DNA from: Octopus bimaculoides
Taxonomy: Eukaryota
Assembly: GCF_001194135.2 (NCBI RefSeq)
Contig: NC_068985.1
Coordinates: forward strand, 92,442,728 to 92,489,384
Reading direction: 5' to 3'
DNA length: 46,657 nucleotides
Numbering within the stretch: position 1 is the first letter of the stretch; the number at the start of each line of letters is the position of its first letter. Below are positions 1-12,074 of the stretch, piece by piece. Under the pieces are notes generated by a model. It saw nothing but the letters and a program-made list of their open reading frames with translations, ran no database searches and had not been told where the DNA came from. The position numbers were made by a program, and so were the translations under genes.

Positions 1-590
1 CACACACACACACACACACACACACACAGTCTAGGCATTCCATTGAGTAACTTTTGTCTGTCTGTCAGTCTGACTCTACACCTCCAACTCCTTCTGTCTT
101 CCTCTCTGTCTTCCTATTCCTCTTCTTGAGGCTCTCTCTCTCTGTATTTCCCTTTCTCTTTCTGTTTCTCCTCTCTCTTCCTATTTCTTTCCCTCCCTCT
201 TCCTATTTATCTCCCTCTCTCTCTCTTTCTATTTCTCTCACTCTCTCTTTCATCCAATTTCTCTTCCTCTCTCTCTCTCTTCCTATTTCTCTTACTCACT
301 TTCTTTCTCTCTTATAATCTTATCATATCTCGCCCTCTCTCTCTCTTTCTATCTCTCATTCTTTCTTTGTCTCTTTCTCTCTCTCTATTTTTCTCTTTCT
401 CTCTCTTTTTTCCCTCTTTTTCCCTCCTCTCACTCTTTTTCTTTCTCTTCCTCTCTTTTTCCCCTCTCTCCTCTCTCTCTCCCGCCTCTCTCTTTATTTC
501 TATCTCTCCCTCTAATTTTCTATTTCACCCTCTCCTCTCTCTCCCTTTCTCTCCCTCTCTCTCTCTTTCTCCCACCCCACACCCCACTCA
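1..590. repeat. (CA)n followed by ~540-bp imperfect (CT)n polypyrimidine tract
   Basis: Direct reading; source of the spurious S/L/F-rich ORFs. Confidence 0.95.
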
Positions 591-1624
591 CATGACCCTT
601 CTTTCCACACACTCCAACCAACTTCGAACTCTCAGCCATCTCACACAAGACGTCTTCCTCGGAAAAGCTTCTACACTTTTCCCTTTCCTCTTCTTTCCGT
701 TTTAGCAATTATGCAAGAGGACGCAAATTAGGGAATAAACACTGCGTTTTCTGTCACTCTTTGACATCTGCTGCCGTTCAAAGCCGGTTATAAGCTTGTA
801 ATATAATTATATTATATTGACATATTAGCATGTGATTAACAAATGATTACATGAACACAGGTAGAGAGTTGTTGCAATGCTGATAGAATAAACGGAATAT
901 AACAGAACAAAGAAAAAAATTGTATTTCAAAGAGGTGAGATTTGACATATCTGGCAGGAGGACTTTTCTTTGGGGAAAAAGCAAAAAAAAAAAATTATTT
1001 TTAAAGGTTTTTTTTTTTTCCTTCTTGTGCTTTGCTACCCGTAATGTCAGTGCTCACATTTTGTGGCACATGAATGTAGCATTTTATGAATTATATGAAA
1101 TAATTTAACAAATATAAACAAAATAATAACACACACACACAGAGTGCACTTGCATACACACATAATTGATTCCAAATAAAGCTTCTAAGCAAGAGAAATA
1201 ATTTGGTACACAAGAGAGAATATAGAAAAGTCAGTACTTGACAGGAATAAAATTTCTATAGCTAGCATCTAAAATTTTTCTGTTTATATTGTGTATGGTA
1301 GCATTGAGGCCTAGAGGATGTGTATATGAAAGGGTTTTTAGCCCCCAAGGATCTCTAAGGGTTAATTCTTAATTCCAATTGTATAATATAAAACAGGTAA
1401 GAGATTAATCTCCTTCTGGAAAGGGTGTGGAAAGGATCTAACACAGGCTACATCTTCGGATAATCCTAGCCTCTTTCTAGATGTCTAAGTGAACAGAAAT
1501 AATGTGGGGTAGTGTAGAATAAGGGTCCCCCAGTCAAAGTCACAGCGACAAGGCACCTGTAGCAGACTTAAAGTCATGACCAAGAAACTTAGCAGACCAA
1601 TCTTTAATCTACTCATTCATTTCA

Positions 1625-2012
1625 CCTGTTGTTTATGGCCTAATGATTAAGCAGTTTATTTTACAATCACCAGATTATAAGTTCACTCACCCTGTGTGGT
1701 AGTATCTTTGGCAAGTGTATTATATATTATATATAGCTCTGGGTGCCCTAAGCCCTAAGCTCCTCTATCTAATTTCATCCTTTAGGATGAAATTAGATAA
1801 ATGAAAAGACCTGTGTGGAGACCTATTGGACTACAATGAAGCTGTAACCCAAAGATCAAAACTTGACACCCATTGTGTCAAGTGGTTGGCATTAGGAAGG
1901 GCATCCATTCATAGAAACTTTGCCAAAACGGGCACTAGACACCAGCAGAGTCTTCAGACTGGTCAGTTCATGTCAAACTTCCCAACCCATGCCAGCATAG
2001 AACATCATCATT
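1625..2012 (+). mobile_element. Degenerate SINE A head (1625-1745) and RTE-type tail (1878-2012), possibly one old SINE copy
   Basis: TTTGGCAAGTG CORE-like motif; GTGGTTGGCATTAGGAAGGGCATCC...ACCCATGCCAGCAT is the reverse complement of 32500-32620. Confidence 0.65.
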
Positions 2013-3955
2013 TAATATATCATTTAATAATGGTTCCAACATGAAATTAGTGTATCTCGAATTATACTGTCTAATGTAACCATTATGTGTCCTTTTATTA
2101 AAGACAATAGTGTGTAGTCTGAGAGAAATCTAGCTGTTATTTCTAACAGGTCATGCAACTATACAGTGGGTCTCTTTGTTGACTTGTGTAATGCTAGAAT
2201 TTGGTCCTTTAATCAATTGATCTACACAAAGAAGTAATGTTTAACCCTAGGACAAGTCTTAATGTGCAGACCTATGATCAAAAGAATTCTACTTGTAACT
2301 AATCACAGCTTTTCCTCCAGACATCTAAATAGTTCCATCTAGGACATGGGCTACACACTGAGTAGTTGACTAAGGTCTTCTAAGGGCCCAGGGCTTCGGT
2401 ACATTGCTTTGCTTGGTGGAAGGAACTGGTCTGTAATGCTGTTATGATGGCCCTTCATCTTGAACCACTTTATTAAAGTGTCTTTTCTTTTAGACAGTAG
2501 AGATTTAAGGGAGATTTAGCTGGTGTTTTCAACAGCTTGAGGAGTGACATAGAACTACCCTCATTGACTTGTCAGCTTGTTGGTATGAAAGATGCTGGTA
2601 TATTATTATATTTCAGAAATGTTAAGAGAAAGAAAGTAGATGAAAGTAAAACTGGAATTCCATTGTTTTCTTTTGCGATCTCTTTATTTATGACCTGCTA
2701 AATTGTCTGTGGAAGTAATTAATCGGGATTGATTTAATTTCTTTTTTCTTCTGGCAAAACTTTTATAGTTTGCTTCTTACTGTGTTGTATAGACCTATTT
2801 TAATTACTGTTGATATTTCTGTTTGCTAATAAAAGTGACTGCATTTAAATTTTTTTGTAAAAAAAATTTTTAGAATTAAAAATAAAAAAAACTAATACAC
2901 AAATGAAGAATTATTTTCCTGTTTCCTTCCTTACAAATGCAAGAAACGATTGAATAGAGAAAATGGTTCTGTTCATTAAAATAGCTATTTGATGTTTTTT
3001 TTTCGTTTTTTTAATTTTACTTTTAAAAATATTTTTGCTCTTTTTTACATTTTTTTCTTTTAAGTTTTGAGATGTTTATTAAACTGCATATTTAGAAATC
3101 AGCTTAGAAGGAATATGGTTCCTGTTTGAGTTTGTTCTTTGTTAGCTTTTATAAATATTGTTTTATAGAATCATGTTTTAATGTTCGCTTAAAAATGTTT
3201 TTATCTCCCATAATTCATATTGTTGTGTCTTCTTATATCGCCACCAATTTTGTAATTTTTGTCCAGATCCTGTATTCTCTCATAATCTGTTTTCTATGGC
3301 ATTTTCACAGAGCTTTTATGAGTAAAAGATGAAACTTTTGTGATGGCTTCTTTGACTTTAGTTCTATATTATTCGATTTTTCTTTTATTTCGTTTTTATT
3401 ATTTAGTCTTCAGAAATAATTTGATCAAAGATTGTTCTTGCTTTTATTTCCCATATAAAGCTACCGCCAACATCACCCCTACCAAAATCAGTCACCAATT
3501 TCAATAGAAATAAATTTTAATATTTCTTTAACTTCAACATTCAATATCAGGCATTTACAATAACCAGTTGTTGAAACACCTATTAAAAAATATCATACAA
3601 GAAACGTTTTTTTTTTTTTATGATAATCTTCTTGAAGCCAGAGTAGGTTATGTAAGAAGGTATTTTTAATATGTGCAAACTTTGTACTCTTGTTATAAGC
3701 TATGTTGGTTTGGTGAAAGGGGTAGCTCTAGCAGTCAGCCAAATTTTTAGGTTCGGCAATGCAATAGCATTAGTAATTATATTTTACTGTGTTGCACATG
3801 AAAGCAAGGTAGCAGAACAGAGGGCTTCGCTCTAACAGCATATCTTGTTTCATTTTTCTATTAACAGGAAGTAATCTGGTTTTCTAAATCACTATTTGTT
3901 ATAGGCATATATGTACTAATACAATGTATGTATGTATGTATATATATATATATAT

Positions 3956-4308
3956 NNNNNNNNNNNNNNNNNNNNNNNNNNNNNNNNNNNNNNNNNNNNN
4001 NNNNNNNNNNNNNNNNNNNNNNNNNNNNNNNNNNNNNNNNNNNNNNNNNNNNNNNNNNNNNNNNNNNNNNNNNNNNNNNNNNNNNNNNNNNNNNNNNNNN
4101 NNNNNNNNNNNNNNNNNNNNNNNNNNNNNNNNNNNNNNNNNNNNNNNNNNNNNNNNNNNNNNNNNNNNNNNNNNNNNNNNNNNNNNNNNNNNNNNNNNNN
4201 NNNNNNNNNNNNNNNNNNNNNNNNNNNNNNNNNNNNNNNNNNNNNNNNNNNNNNNNNNNNNNNNNNNNNNNNNNNNNNNNNNNNNNNNNNNNNNNNNNNN
4301 NNNNNNNN
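3956..4308. other. Assembly gap flanked by (TA)n and (CA)n
   Basis: N run. Confidence 1.
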
Positions 4309-4767
4309 ACACACACACACACACACACACGTATGCACTCACACACACACACACACACACACGTATGCACTCACACATGCATATATTCACACGTATCTTT
4401 TGCACATAAGGAAATATGAAAAACCAGACATTTCTCTCTCTTTCTCTCTGTCTCTCTGGAAAGATGTACTCAAAGAATTTGAAAATATTTTAGGCTAAAA
4501 GTGTTGTTATTATTTCTGTTTTTTTTTTATAAAGTAAAAGCTCTCATTTCTAGGATTTATTGACAAATAGATTCAGTGGAACGGAGTTTCAGTGACCAGG
4601 TCATAAATATATAATGAACGACTTTGATGCTCCATAATATAAACCATTATGAAAATATTAAAATGGAAGTGAATTTAACAGTGTGTGTGTGTGAGTGTTT
4701 AAATGGATTGTATGATTCTATCATGATGCAGTTATATTTCTCTTATAACTCAGAAAAAATAAAACCT

Positions 4768-4945
4768 ATCATCATTTAACGTCTGTTTTCTATGCTGGCA
4801 TGGGTTGGACAGTTTGATAGGATCCGGCAAATATCAACGCAGCAATGAGCTCTAATTTCTGCCTCAGCATGGTTTCTACAGCTGGATGCCCTTCCTAATG
4901 CCAACCACTTTATAGAATAGACTGGATGCTTTTTTTTCCCATGCG
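4768..4945 (-). mobile_element. RTE-type LINE 3' end fragment
   Basis: ATCATCATTTAACGTCTGTTTTCTATGCTGGCATGGGTTGG...GGATGCCCTTCCTAATGCCAACCAC, homologous to 32471-32640. Confidence 0.85.
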
Positions 4946-5094
4946 ACTAGGGAGATCTCTGGGTAATCTTCTAATTTTAGCACAAGGCCAGCAAATTTGA
5001 GGAGAGGGGACAAGATGATGGCAGTGATGTCAGTATTTGGTTCGTCTTTATTCTAACAAACCCCCATAGATTCCACTGTGACATCTAAATTTAT

Positions 5095-5250
5095 TGTGGC
5101 ACCAGTACGGGTGCTTTTTATATGTGGCACCAGCATAGGTGTTTTTTACATGTGGCATCAGCGCATGTGCTTTTTACATGTGGCACCAGCACAGGTGCTT
5201 TTTTTACATGTGGCACCAGCACAGGTGCTTTATATGTGGCACCAGCACAG
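5095..5250. repeat. Minisatellite, 6 units of 26-30 bp (TGTGGCACCAGCACAGGTGCTTTTTACA)
   Basis: Units start at 5095, 5123, 5151, 5179, 5209, 5235. Confidence 0.95.
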
Positions 5251-5724
5251 TGTGATCTTAATCATCAGGTAAATCAAATATTCAAATCAATTTAATCAGT
5301 CAGATAATCCTATTTATTACATGCGGAGAAGCAGCCAGGTATTAAGATTCTTCTATATTGTTAGTTTAATTATTATTAAAAGATGGTAGTCATATACGAG
5401 AGTAATTAATTGATTAGTTCTGCATACCAATCACAAGATGGCTCAATAGAATTTATCGCATAATTATGAATATTTTAAACTGTCTTTAGAAAACTTTAGA
5501 AACTCTGTAGTTAGCTTGATATGTTTTTAAGATTTAATTTTGATGAATGGTTCTGATATTTTAACAAAGATATTTTATCAAGGAACCGATGACAACAATG
5601 TTGATGATTGATATGTTTAGAGAAAATCTTTTACTTGGAATAAATTTTGGATAAATAAAAGAATGGTGTCTGTACATCTGTAAGTAGAAAGTATCTGTGC
5701 ATATATATTTAGGTCTGTTATCAC

Positions 5725-6019
5725 AGCACCGTGCTATCGACCAGACTATTAGATGTTGTTACACATCACTGGTCACAGTGCACTTTTTGCATTGTTTTAG
5801 CTTTTAAATGATGCCGCCCTGCTGGCTAGGTGAGCAGGCCAACAATTCCCTCTGAACGGAAGGTTAGTCTGTCACAGGGTGTACCCATTGACAACTGAGT
5901 GGACAGGTGCAGCGAGAAATGAAGAGTTTTGCTCAAGAACACAATACATTGGTCAGTCCTGGAATTGATCCTATGATCTAGTAATTGTGAGTGCAACAGC
6001 CTAACCACCAGGCCACACC
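5725..6019 (-). mobile_element. tRNA-derived SINE (family J) with CORE-like central motif
   Basis: Minus strand reads GTGGCCTGGTGGTTAGG (A box), GGATCAATTCC (decayed B box), TGTGTTCTTGAGCAAAACTCTT. Confidence 0.7.
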
Positions 6020-6122
6020 TGTAATTCAAAGGTCCAGCCTTGTCATACTCTGTGTCACGCTGAATGTCCCTGAGAACTACATTAAAAGTATACATGTCCA
6101 CGGAGTATTCAGCCACTCGCAC
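6020..6122 (+). mobile_element. SINE D tail fragment
   Basis: TTCAAAGGTCCAGCCTTGTCA...CCCTGAGAACTACATTAA, near-identical to 6420-6510 and 33520-33610. Confidence 0.8.
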
Positions 6123-6124
6123 AG

Positions 6125-6810
6125 CACACAGCTTCTCACACCATGTAGTCTCTAGATCAATCTCAACATGCAACACCTTGGGCAAGTGTCTTTCATTACA
6201 GTCCTGGGTCAACCAAAACCTTGTGAATGGATTTGGTTGGCGGAAACTGAAAGAAGCTTGTGTGTGTGTGAAAGTGCACGGCATAGTGGTTAGGGCATTC
6301 AGCTCATGATTAAGCTCATCAGTTCGATTCCCAGCAGTGCATTGTCTCCTTGAGCAAGGCACTCTATTTTATGTTGCTCCAGTCCATTCAGCTGGCAAAA
6401 ATGAGATGTTGTACTTGTAATTCAAAGGGCCAACTTTGTCATACTCTGTATCATGCTGAATCTCTCTGAGAACTACATTAAAGGTACACATATCTGTGGA
6501 GTACCCAGCCATTTCATGAGCTGGCTGTTCTGTCGATTGGACCAATCGAACTCTTGTCATCATAACCAGCAGAATGCCACAATCTGTGTGTATCCTTGTC
6601 TTGACAATCATGTGACAGTTGTAAGCAAACAACCTCATCACCATCAGTCAAATGTGGTTGTTTGTTTCCAGTCTTCCGCGGAAAACACATCTGGCCGCAC
6701 GGAAATATTACTCTGCTTGGAAATGAACAACAAGAAAGAGATCAATCCATAGAAAAATCTGCTTCAATAAACTCCATGTCGAAGTGGATGTTAAAATGGT
6801 GATGATAATA
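6125..6810 (+). mobile_element. SINE A2 (A head + RTE-type tail), interrupted in its (TG)n by a SINE D
   Basis: Body CACCTTGGGCAAGTGTC...GAAACTGAAAGAAG at 6165-6260; continuation 6583-6810 colinear with 36950-37182 and ends GTTAAAATGGTGATGAT. Confidence 0.7.
6274..6582 (+). mobile_element. SINE D, near full length
   Basis: A box GGCATAGTGG, B box AGTTCGATTCC, CCTTGAGCAAGGCACT motif, D tail; colinear with 33366-33672. Confidence 0.85.
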
Positions 6811-6865
6811 TACAGCAGGCTTCGTACAGTTTCTGTTTACCAAATCCAGACATTAGGCATGCACA

Positions 6866-6934
6866 TACAGGGTTGGCCAAAAGTCATGTGACAGTAAATC
6901 AAAATTCCATAAATACTTAATATTCAATTTTATC
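6866..6934 (+). mobile_element. Tc1/mariner-like terminal fragment
   Basis: TA + CAGGGTTGGCCAAAAGT resembles the Tc1 TIR start CAGTGCTGGCCAAAAAG; other end not seen (SINE insertion, then gap). Confidence 0.45.
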
Positions 6935-7281
6935 TACTCTTTACTCATTTGCTTGTTTCAGTCATTTGACTGCAGCCATGCTGGAGCACCGCCTTTAGTC
7001 GAGCAAATCCACCCAGGACTTATTCTATCGGTCTCTTTTGCCGAACCGCTAGGTTACAGGGACGTAAACACACCAGCATTGGTTGTCAAGCGATATTGGG
7101 GGGACAAACACAGACACACAAACACACATATATATATATACATATACATATATACAACGAGCTTCTTTCAGTTTCTGTCTACCAAATCCACACATGAGGC
7201 TTTGGTCAGCCTGAGGCTATAGTAGAAGACACCTGCCCAAAGTGCCACGCTGTGGGACTGAACCCGGAACCAAGAGGTTGG
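6935..7281 (-). mobile_element. SINE A1 (A head, central (TA)/(TG), CR1-like tail); 5' end lost in gap
   Basis: B box GGGTTCAGTCCC; tail GGCGGTGCTCCAGCATGGCTGCAGTCAAATGACTGAAACAAG; colinear with 12075-12478. Confidence 0.9.
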
Positions 7282-7465
7282 NNNNNNNNNNNNNNNNNNN
7301 NNNNNNNNNNNNNNNNNNNNNNNNNNNNNNNNNNNNNNNNNNNNNNNNNNNNNNNNNNNNNNNNNNNNNNNNNNNNNNNNNNNNNNNNNNNNNNNNNNNN
7401 NNNNNNNNNNNNNNNNNNNNNNNNNNNNNNNNNNNNNNNNNNNNNNNNNNNNNNNNNNNNNNNNN
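7282..7465. other. Assembly gap
   Basis: N run. Confidence 1.
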
Positions 7466-8034
7466 TGTGTGTGCATTCTGCTCTGGCATTCTCCAGATAG
7501 CATTTCAATGGAGAAAAGCCTTAAATAAAAACGCAATAATGGGCTCAGTTACAATGTTTTAGTGTTATGAGTAAATGCGATTTGCATATTTCTGGCAGAT
7601 CAGTCAGGCTTCCTCTTTACAACTAGAATTTTCCAGATAGAATTTATTTCTATGATGGCATTTCATGACGATTTCTGTGGGTTTTGTTTCTTTCTTTATT
7701 TTCATTTCATTTTTTGTTTTTCTTTTCTTTTGTCATTTTTTCCCCATTTTATATATCGAAGCACTGCATTAAGATATACGTTTTCAGCTGCACGCGGATG
7801 TGCTGGGTTCCACCATTGATCATCCGGTTTGACTTTTCATGTGAGGGTCTTTTAGACTTCCCTTCTTCCTTCCTCCCCTATAAATATGTATTTGGATCCT
7901 GCCATGACATTTCTCTCTCTCGTTTTGAATGATTAAGGAAACCTTCTCCTGAAACTAACCTCAGTCATACTGATAACCAGAGATGCAGCTTTAACCCTGT
8001 AGACTCTTGCCAAACTCAAGTATTTACCATTGGT

Positions 8035-8259
8035 TTAACCCGTTAGCTTTCACAGTACTCTGCCAAATGTAATATTTATTTATATACATTGCATTGGATT
8101 AATCATGCATTATCTCATAGCTTTGTGATTTCAATGAGTTGATTGTTTAATTTTGGAATGAGATATAGTGTAGGCAGGAAATTCTAGCTCTGCTTTGTTT
8201 CAACAGAACAGGTAGAATGCTTTGGCCAGAAATGGCTGGTTTAAATGCTGAAGGGTTTA
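8035..8259. mobile_element. piggyBac-type MITE, family G
   Basis: TTAA-CCCGTTAGCTTT ... AAATGCTGAAGGG-TTTA: imperfect TIRs with TTAA-like TSD. Confidence 0.75.
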
Positions 8260-8479
8260 CCCTTTTGTTACCAAATTTCTGTTAAAATATATTGCCTTTT
8301 GTCTCAATTAATTTTGAAAATAATGAAGAATTTATTAAAACAGCATTATCATTATCAAGATGGTGTTTGGAATAAAAATTAACATTTTGATGGAAGATTT
8401 TAATCTGAATCACTTTAAAACCGGGAATTTGTATAATAACAAAATAAAGTTTCAGGCAGGTTAGTATCAAAAGGGTTAG
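8256..8479. mobile_element. piggyBac-type MITE, family F
   Basis: TTTA-CCCTTTTGTTACC ... GTATCAAAAGGG-TTAG; interior homologous to 28303-28533 and 43645-43872. Confidence 0.85.
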
Positions 8480-10190
8480 TTACCATCAAATTAAATTCAG
8501 ATTCTTGACTGTTGCTGTTGACAGATCGTTGATAGAATTTGCATTCATCTTATATTACCTTACATTTTGTATGCAACTAAAGCTTACTTTGATAGTATTT
8601 TTTATTGAATACCTTAAAAGCATTTGTGGTTGGTTGGAAAATAGTTCCTGGTTAACTCGACACTTAGAAAATTTCTTACTACATTTGATACTATTGGTTG
8701 AATTCAGATGATGTTTCATTTTCTGGGTCTGCTATGTTGCTGCTCACACTTGGATAAGAATTAAATATTCTTCTTAAATCTGCTTCTTTCTGAAGAGTTG
8801 TTATATAAAAAAAAAAGTTAAAAATAAAAAAACAATCTGTAGTTTTGTCAGCTCTATCCCTTCCCAATGATATAATATTCCCCTGCTTATATTACTAATT
8901 AAGCTTTGAACCAATGAAGGAGTTGCTGTGCAGTCATTTGGCTGGTTATAAATTGCATGCAGCCAGATCTACTTTAATTTACATCCTACTGTTAACGAAA
9001 GAAGAAAGAATATGTAAAAAAAGACTAAAAGAAAGACACATTGGATAATGTAGTCCCAGATACACTTTCTGAGATGAACACAGCTGGAATTTTTTTTGAT
9101 TATCTATCTGCTTACTGCCAAAATTAAAGAAATTTTCTCTGATATTAGGGCTATGGTTGAAGCTCTTACGCAATGGCTTCTCATTTTCTTTTCAATATTG
9201 TTACTATTTTCTGCTGCTTAAGTCTGTTATATTTTGAAAATTAATTATACTTTAGTTTATGGTAAGTGAAATGGTAATGGTGTCATTGTATGGTTGAATT
9301 CCTTAAAAGTCTTGAGATCTCTTCTGGATCTGTTTAGTATTAAATAGCCATTTGTGTAGTATGGAATGATGGACCAAAAGACTATCCATCATCGCTCTCT
9401 AATATTCTATATCTCCAGCATTGATTTTAAGTTTTAATGTGTGTAGTGTATGCAAGCTTATCGGCTGGCATACTCCTTGTCATAGCTACCCGTGAGTAAT
9501 CTCTCACACGCATACACACACATAACGATTCACACACAAGGTCCTTCACACACTTCATACACGTCATGCAAATATGTACACCAATCTCACAGCTTGTATG
9601 TGTGAGAGAGATAAAATTAATATAAACAAGGTAGAGCTATATAGACAGAAATAGAAAAGAGTGTAAGGTAGAGTAAGCAGTTCCACGAGAGTAGGAGGCA
9701 AAACTACCTCTTTATCTTAATTAAGATGAATGCTATATGTTAACAATCCTGAAAAGCTGCTTGCTTATCTTTTAAAATTCTTTGTAAGGCTGAGTGATTT
9801 TTATAAATTAAATGAGAATAATTACGTCTCCTTGATGTTAACTGACAATTTTGTCGGTGTAGGTAGGTGTTGGAGGAATAAAAATGTGGTTGAAGTGATT
9901 GATATCGAGTTGAAATTGAAAATCTGTATTCAACTGACCATATTGCATGAACGATATATTGTTGACTTGGACTTGACAATTGCTATCTGTAAACTGACAG
10001 CAGATTAAATATGCTTAAAATTCAATAAATTGTACTTCATATAATTGCTGTCTACTTTATTTTGAATGTTCAACTTATTTTTCTTGATGAACATGTTGTT
10101 GTTGTTCTTATTCTTGCTGTTGTTGTCTTTGTTATATGTAGTGTTCATTTAGTGATAGTGTTAGGTTAGCAGAAATAGTAGCACCATTTC

Positions 10191-10406
10191 TGGTGAACTA
10201 GCAGAAACGTTAGCATGCCAGGCGAAATGCTTAGTGGTATTTTGTCTGCCATTACGTTCTGAGTTCAAATTCTACCAAGTTTGATTTTGCTTTTCATCCT
10301 TTCGGTGTCGATAAATTAAGTACCAGTTATGCACTTAATTCCTTTGTCTGTCCTTGTTTGTCCCCTCTATGTGTAGCCCCTTGTGGGCAATAAAGAAATA
10401 AGAAAT
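10191..10406 (+). mobile_element. tRNA-derived SINE, family E
   Basis: B box GAGTTCAAATTC, A-rich tail TAAAGAAATAAGAAA, flanking repeat AGAAATAGTAGC (10171 and 10401) as probable TSD. Confidence 0.85.
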
Positions 10407-11556
10407 AGTAGCCCCAAGACTGGAATCAATTCACATCTTTTGACAATCTGAGTTCAAGCTCACCTCAGGGTTCTTTTGTTTTTTAATTTCTTTTTATTCA
10501 TCATTCCATCTCCCTACCTCCAAGTCAATAAATATCAGTCATCATCACCATTTAACACTTGTCTGCCATACTTCCAAGGGTTGGATAGTTCAACAAGACC
10601 TGAGGAGTTGAAAGACTGCGTTGAGGGCAGGTATTCTCTCTTGGTTCCTACTAGAGGTGTTTCCACTCTATAAAGTGATTAGCGTTAAAAAGGACAAGAA
10701 GACATTGGAGCTTAATGCAATTCTTCAACTTTCCAGCTCCTTTCAAACCATCTAGCACTAACATTAAATGATGATGGTGATGTGTCTGAACAGATGACGT
10801 AAAGGTATCTTCTTGACTACAATACAAGCTTATCATTTAATATCTTTCTCAGAGAAACTGTGCAGGTTGTCTTATTTTCTTATTGTAAAATAGACTGAGT
10901 TAACTTAGAATGAAATGTTTTGCATCAAAATATAACAATACTTTCGGTTGATTTGAACTCATAATCCATGCAACTAACAACAGTTTAACTACCCTATACA
11001 TTCATCTGATTTTCTTTATCATTTCTTTCTACTAATTTAGTCTTTCTACATAAGAATATTTACCATTTCCCTCCTGAGGAATGGTAGAATCACAGGTATG
11101 AACAATCGAAAAACTAATCTTTTAAATATGCTGAACCACCTGAGCCAAGACAGGTGTAAATTTACTAAATTTACAGGCTGGGGAGTACTTGATGATTTTT
11201 CTGTTACCTGGGGATTTCATACATTCTGCACACTTATTCTCTCTCTTTCTTTCTCTCTCTCTCTCTCTCTTTGGAAATACACTGTGAAGCATGCACTTGT
11301 AATGCAATATACATAAGCAAATGTATGTGCACTTGTGCACACTCACATGCACAGCTATGCTGATAATACACTAAATCTTCTAAATATTCACTAAATCTTC
11401 TTTTTCCTCTCCTTACATAGGTTAGATATCAGAGTGACTCACCTGTTCTACAGTATAGACTGGGTGTATTAATATAGTCCATATACATAAATATAAGTTG
11501 TCTTACCCATAAATTCATTCGTGTCTTTGAGCGTATCTGGCCATGAAATTAACCCT

Positions 11557-11601
11557 TTAACCCTTTCATTACCATATTTCTGTTGGTAACGAAAGGGTTA
11601 A
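11557..11601. mobile_element. 37-bp minimal derivative of MITE F
   Basis: TTAA CCCTTTCATTACC atatttctgtt GGTAACGAAAGGG TTAA. Confidence 0.85.
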
Positions 11602-11624
11602 GAATTGTTTCTCTATTATATATT

Positions 11625-11830
11625 TTGACCCTTTTGTTACCATATTTATTTCGAGATGCTCTGTGTTTCTTTCACTTGATTTTAAATATAACAAAGAATT
11701 TAGTAAAAATAACTTAGTTATCATTAAAGTAGTGTTAGGAACATAAATTATGACTAAGTTTTGGTGGAAGGTTTTAATTCAAAAACTTATGAAAACAAGA
11801 CATTTGTGCTCAAAGCTAGAGCTGGTTTCT
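11625..11830. mobile_element. MITE F, one TIR missing
   Basis: TTGA-CCCTTTTGTTACC and interior that is the reverse complement of 43680-43860. Confidence 0.8.
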
Positions 11831-12074
11831 GCCTGTGAAAGCAGTGTGAATAGATAAGTGTTACAGTTTGACGGAATAATCCGAATGCTAAATGGTTAAG
11901 GTGTTTCCTATGAATCACACAGTTGTATTCTAGAATCTTACAACAGTTTGTTTCATTGTGACTCTTGAACAAGTTGCTCAGAACACATGTCGGTCTGCCT
12001 TACCAACAAAATGATGTCTTAACCCATTTCATGCTGATCTCCCTGACACCAATGTTGGGCTTCTCTGATACTAT

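Noticed and set aside
54-708. S/L/F-rich and R/E-rich ORFs
   Set aside because: Translations of the (CT)n tract with no domain signal.
3861-4498. Long ORFs spanning N runs (also 7168-7562, 28967-30044, 40492-41489, 41953-42840)
   Set aside because: Open only because gaps contain no stop codons.
5095-5250. CRISPR-like array of ~28-bp palindromic repeats
   Set aside because: No unique spacers, no cas genes, eukaryotic context.
9075-9087. 13-nt match to the 5' end of miR-317 as I recall it
   Set aside because: Diverges afterwards, has no precursor hairpin and lies within repeat module I.
11437-11500. Consensus minus-strand donor CAG|GTGAGT with possible 17-nt microexon
   Set aside because: Weak acceptor and no coding or conservation support.
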